NCBI GenBank assembly: GCA_910585995.1 | Contig: CAJUGG010000032.1 | Location: 5,627 to 69,626, forward strand | From: an uncultured Lachnospiraceae bacterium | Lineage (GTDB): Bacteria > Bacillota > Clostridia > Lachnospirales > Lachnospiraceae | Direction: 5' to 3' | DNA length: 64,000 nt | In this document: one piece after another, positions 60,771 to 64,000 of the stretch | Numbering within the stretch: position 1 is the stretch's first letter | Layout: the number at the start of each line of letters is the position of its first letter | The notes under the pieces: generated by a model | Database searches by the model: none | Seen by the model: only the letters and a program-made list of their open reading frames with translations | Told to the model about the DNA's origin: nothing | Made by a program: the position numbers and the translations under genes

Positions 60771-60974
60771 TTGAAAAACCGACTAGAAGAGATCCGCAAG
60801 GCGCAAGGTATCACACAGGAGGAGTTAGCGGCTTCTTTGGAAGTCTCCAGACAGACCATCGGCTCCCTGGAAAATGGAAGATACAACCCTTCGATCTTAT
60901 TGGCCTTTAAAATCGCCCGCCATTTTCAGATGACCATCGAAGAAATCTTTATCTATGAGGAGGAAAAAGCATGA
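60771..60974 (+). CDS. Small XRE-family HTH regulator
   Basis: TTG start after AAGGAGGT; TQEELA..LEVSRQTIGSLENGRYNPS. Confidence 0.9.
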   Translation: MKNRLEEIRKAQGITQEELAASLEVSRQTIGSLENGRYNPSILLAFKIARHFQMTIEEIFIYEEEKA

Positions 60975-61387
60975 AAAAGAAAAAATGGCCCTGTATTCTG
61001 GGCATCTTTGCTGCTCTTATCTTACAGTTTACCGGAATCATCTTTGGCCCACAAAGCTTTCGCCATACAGGCGGTGTATGTATCCTGGCAGGCGCAGTCC
61101 TGTTTTCTCTGTGTATTCACCGCCTCTATCGATTGTGGTATGAGACACATTTCCCAGATATGATCCACCAAGAACACGTCGAATATCAGGATGAACGCAA
61201 TATCCTGCTTCGCAGCCAGTCCAAAGCCAAGAGCGCCGATATCATCCAATGGGTGATCTTAGGCATCGCCTGTCTTGTCTTTTTTGTCAATGGCCCTCTC
61301 TGGATCACGCTCACATTGATCCTGGTCTTTGTACTGCATCACGGCCTGGAATGGTACTACCTTGGAAAATATCAAAAAGAAATATAA
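60971..61387 (+). CDS. Small membrane protein
   Basis: Four hydrophobic segments, DERN motif; ATGA overlap with the XRE gene. Confidence 0.75.
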   Translation: MKKKKWPCILGIFAALILQFTGIIFGPQSFRHTGGVCILAGAVLFSLCIHRLYRLWYETHFPDMIHQEHVEYQDERNILLRSQSKAKSADIIQWVILGIACLVFFVNGPLWITLTLILVFVLHHGLEWYYLGKYQKEI

Positions 61388-61412
61388 GAGAGCCTGCAGA
61401 AAGGAGCACTTC

Positions 61413-63263
61413 ATGAAGATCACCGAGCTTCATATCAAAAATTTTAAATCCATCCACCATCTGCACATTACGGATATCCCAAGCGCCCTGATCCTCGTAG
61501 GCCAGAATAATTCTGGTAAGACCACCATCTTAGACGCTGTCCGCGCGGTAGGCGGCGATTATCTCATCAGCTCCTATGATTTTCAGGAAGATGGCTCCAA
61601 TATCGAGATCACAGTCTCTCTCTTTTTCTCAGAGGAAGATCTCAGACTTCTGCACCGCAAGGGCATCGTCAGTTCTTACCGCAGATGGGATGCATGGTTT
61701 GCCGATTTTCAGAAAAAACTGCCTTCTTTTTCTGAACAAACCCTTACCTTTACCATGTCCGCTAACCGGGAAGGCCGTATCCGCTACCAGGACGGCGTGC
61801 AGAAGCACAATCCGTATATCCAGGAAGTCTTTCCCAAGATCTATCATGTGGACACCGAGCGCCGCTTAGAACCCTTGCAGCAGGACCTGCTCCTCTTGCA
61901 GGAAGACGAGATCTTACAAAGGATGCGCACCCGCTGTTGTATCTTTGACCAGGCCAAAACCTGTACCCAATGCTTTACCTGCATTGGCCTGATCGAGCAG
62001 AAAAGCCCCCAGGAATTAGATGTCTTTGAGACTTCCAAGCTTCTAGACTACAAGCTGTACCAGCTTAACCTGGACACCTTTGCCAAAAAAGTCAATGAAA
62101 GTTTTCACAGAAACGGCGGACATGAGAAGATCCTCTATTCCATGAACCGGGACGTCGAAAAGATCCTGCAAGTCACCACCGAGATCTGGCAGCCGGCACA
62201 GAGCCAGACCAGACCTATCTCCCGTATGGGAAAAGGTATGCGCTCCATCTATCTGTTTTCTCTGTTGGAAGCCTATACAGAGATCGAAGAGAATCTACCC
62301 TGTATTCTGCTGATCGAAGACCCTGAGATCTTTTTGCATCCCCGTCTGCAAAAAGTTGCCGGCAAGATCCTGTACCGCTTATCACGCAAAAATCAAGTCC
62401 TCTTTACCACGCACTCTCCCAATCTGCTGCCCAACTTTAAGAGTCAGGAGATCCGTCAGGTGGTGATCCAAAAAGACGGCTCCTGTGGTATCCGGGAAAA
62501 AACTGATATCAGTGCGATCCTGGATGATCTGGGCTACACCGCCGCAGATCTGATGAATGTCAACTTTGTCTTTATCGTAGAGGGCAAACAGGACAAATTC
62601 CGCCTCCCTATCCTGCTTCAAAAATACTACGCAGAGACGATGGACCAGGAAGGCAACCTCTCCCGCATCGCCATCATCACCACCAACAGCTGCACCAATA
62701 TCAAGACTTACGCCAATCTGAAATATATGAATCAGATCTATCTTCGCGACCAGTTTTTGATGATCCGGGACAGTGACGGCAAAGACCCGTCCGTACTCGG
62801 CAGGCAACTCTGCCGTTACTATGAAGAACGCAATCTGGAAGACTCTGACAAGCTCCCAAGAGTCCGCCCGGAAAATGTACTGATCCTTAAATACTATTCT
62901 TTTGAAAATTATTTTCTGAATCCAAGTGTTATGACACAGCTTGGCATCCTGCCGTCCGAAGAGGCTTTTTATGAGATTTTTCTGGAAAAATGGAAAGAAT
63001 ACCTGCACCGCATCAGCAGCGGCAGGCATCTGTTAGAGATTCTTGGCAAAGATTTTACGACCGTAGAAGACGTGAAAGAACATCTGGAAGAGATTAAGAT
63101 CTATCTGCGCGGCCACAACCTGTTTGATCTTTTCTATGGCAGATACAAAGATCAAGAAGCAGAGCTGTTAGACCGCTATTTAGAACTGGCCCCCAGAGAA
63201 GATTTTCAGGATATCCTTGCTGCCTTAGAGAATTTTTCTTATTTTGAAAGCCGCAGGATCTGA
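61413..63263 (+). CDS. OLD-family ATP-dependent endonuclease (ABC ATPase + TOPRIM)
   Basis: IKNFKSI, GQNNSGKT, MGKGMRS, IEDPEIFLHP, TTHSP, VEGKQD, RDSD; RBS AAGGAG. Confidence 0.85.
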   Translation: MKITELHIKNFKSIHHLHITDIPSALILVGQNNSGKTTILDAVRAVGGDYLISSYDFQEDGSNIEITVSLFFSEEDLRLLHRKGIVSSYRRWDAWFADFQKKLPSFSEQTLTFTMSANREGRIRYQDGVQKHNPYIQEVFPKIYHVDTERRLEPLQQDLLLLQEDEILQRMRTRCCIFDQAKTCTQCFTCIGLIEQKSPQELDVFETSKLLDYKLYQLNLDTFAKKVNESFHRNGGHEKILYSMNRDVEKILQVTTEIWQPAQSQTRPISRMGKGMRSIYLFSLLEAYTEIEENLPCILLIEDPEIFLHPRLQKVAGKILYRLSRKNQVLFTTHSPNLLPNFKSQEIRQVVIQKDGSCGIREKTDISAILDDLGYTAADLMNVNFVFIVEGKQDKFRLPILLQKYYAETMDQEGNLSRIAIITTNSCTNIKTYANLKYMNQIYLRDQFLMIRDSDGKDPSVLGRQLCRYYEERNLEDSDKLPRVRPENVLILKYYSFENYFLNPSVMTQLGILPSEEAFYEIFLEKWKEYLHRISSGRHLLEILGKDFTTVEDVKEHLEEIKIYLRGHNLFDLFYGRYKDQEAELLDRYLELAPREDFQDILAALENFSYFESRRI

Positions 63264-63283
63264 CAGACAAATGTAAGTATCCA

Positions 63284-63808
63284 TTACATCTGTCCGGCCA
63301 GCACCACACTGGCAGCGATCCCTGCAAAGGTACTAAGCAGCGCGCCTGCAAGCGTCCACCTGGTCTTTGTCACTTTTGCTGTCAGAAAATAGACGCTCAT
63401 CGTATAAAAGACCGTCTCTGTACATCCCATCATAATCGAGGCAGTCAATCCAATATAAGAATCCGTACCATAAGATTTATAGAGATCCAGCGCCAGAGAA
63501 GTAGCCGCAGAGGAGGAGAACAGGCGGACGATGGCAAGCGGAATCAACTGTACCGGAAAATACAGCCACTCTGCCACTCCAATCAGGCATTCTGCCACAA
63601 AATCCAAAAATCCCGAAGCCCGCAGCATCCCCACCGCCGCCATCAGACCCACCAGTGTCGGCAAGATCTTTAAGACAGTCTTGAAGCCGTCCGCTGCTCC
63701 GCTGACAAATTCATCATAGACTGGAACTTTTTCAGTCAATGCATAGGCAATGATATAAAAGATGATAAGTGGAATAATAAAATCCGACAGATAATAGAAT
63801 ATGGTCAT
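63284..63808 (-). CDS. spmB: Spore maturation protein B
   Basis: VYDEFVSGA.DG, MMGCTETVFYTMSVYF, KTRWTL. Confidence 0.88.
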   Translation of the reverse strand: MTIFYYLSDFIIPLIIFYIIAYALTEKVPVYDEFVSGAADGFKTVLKILPTLVGLMAAVGMLRASGFLDFVAECLIGVAEWLYFPVQLIPLAIVRLFSSSAATSLALDLYKSYGTDSYIGLTASIMMGCTETVFYTMSVYFLTAKVTKTRWTLAGALLSTFAGIAASVVLAGQM

Positions 63809-63872
63809 AGAGACTCTTTGACTTGTTTTGTTCTATATCTATGCAAATCAGGCTCCAAATATGAAAGACGCT

Positions 63873-64000
63873 TTACAGGGCAATCTGTACTTCCCGCACC
63901 AGATCTTTAGAAAAATATGCCTGGATCTTCTGCGGGTCTTCTGTCTGCCCAAGCACCCACATCAATTTGGTATAAGCGGCTTCTGCTGTCATATCGTATG
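63873..64000 (-). CDS. Type I L-asparaginase, C-terminal fragment
   Basis: Manual translation YDMTAEAAYTKLMWVLGQ...REVQIAL*; truncated by the window edge. Confidence 0.7.
   Translation of the reverse strand, partial: YDMTAEAAYTKLMWVLGQTEDPQKIQAYFSKDLVREVQIAL

Noticed and set aside
61413..63263. Gabija or retron call for the OLD nuclease
   Set aside because: No adjacent UvrD-like helicase or reverse transcriptase.

Overview
Chromosomal window from a spore-forming Clostridia bacterium. Gene content and order look Lachnospiraceae-like (inference). Most genes are on the minus strand. Left part: core and sporulation cluster (partial GH13, ftsH-hpt-tilS-spoIIE-divIC-yabQ-yabP-yabO-hup-mazG, pgm, cotS-like, ATL, cca, proS, ytvI-like, rluA-like, pgi, mtnN). 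Next come a split ECF sigma/anti-sigma module around murG, a HIT gene, and a sensor-less orphan histidine kinase preceded by tandem Spo0A boxes. The centre holds a tightly coupled 9.6-kb minus-strand unit: mmcQ-like, a Shango-type antiphage triad (TerB-N/C protein, DUF2791-type ATPase, Lhr-like helicase), dus, a SAM methyltransferase, a PLD-nuclease/SF2-helicase fusion and an orphan Rpn-type C-terminal miniprotein. Then tadA-rsmA-tatD, a Tad/Flp pilus locus with an FHA protein, ktrAB, a NERD nuclease facing an XRE regulator, metG, DUF885 overlapping a MarR gene antisense, a sucrose PTS operon with its LacI operators, and a stand-alone OLD-family ATPase-TOPRIM nuclease with a Cys cluster. Non-coding signals: a candidate C-rich anti-SD sRNA after ftsH, two 150-200 nt palindromic elements, shorter perfect palindromes, and localized patches of extreme strand skew. 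No rRNA, tRNA, CRISPR array, integrase or transposase was seen. All family calls come from motif recognition by eye, not database searches.
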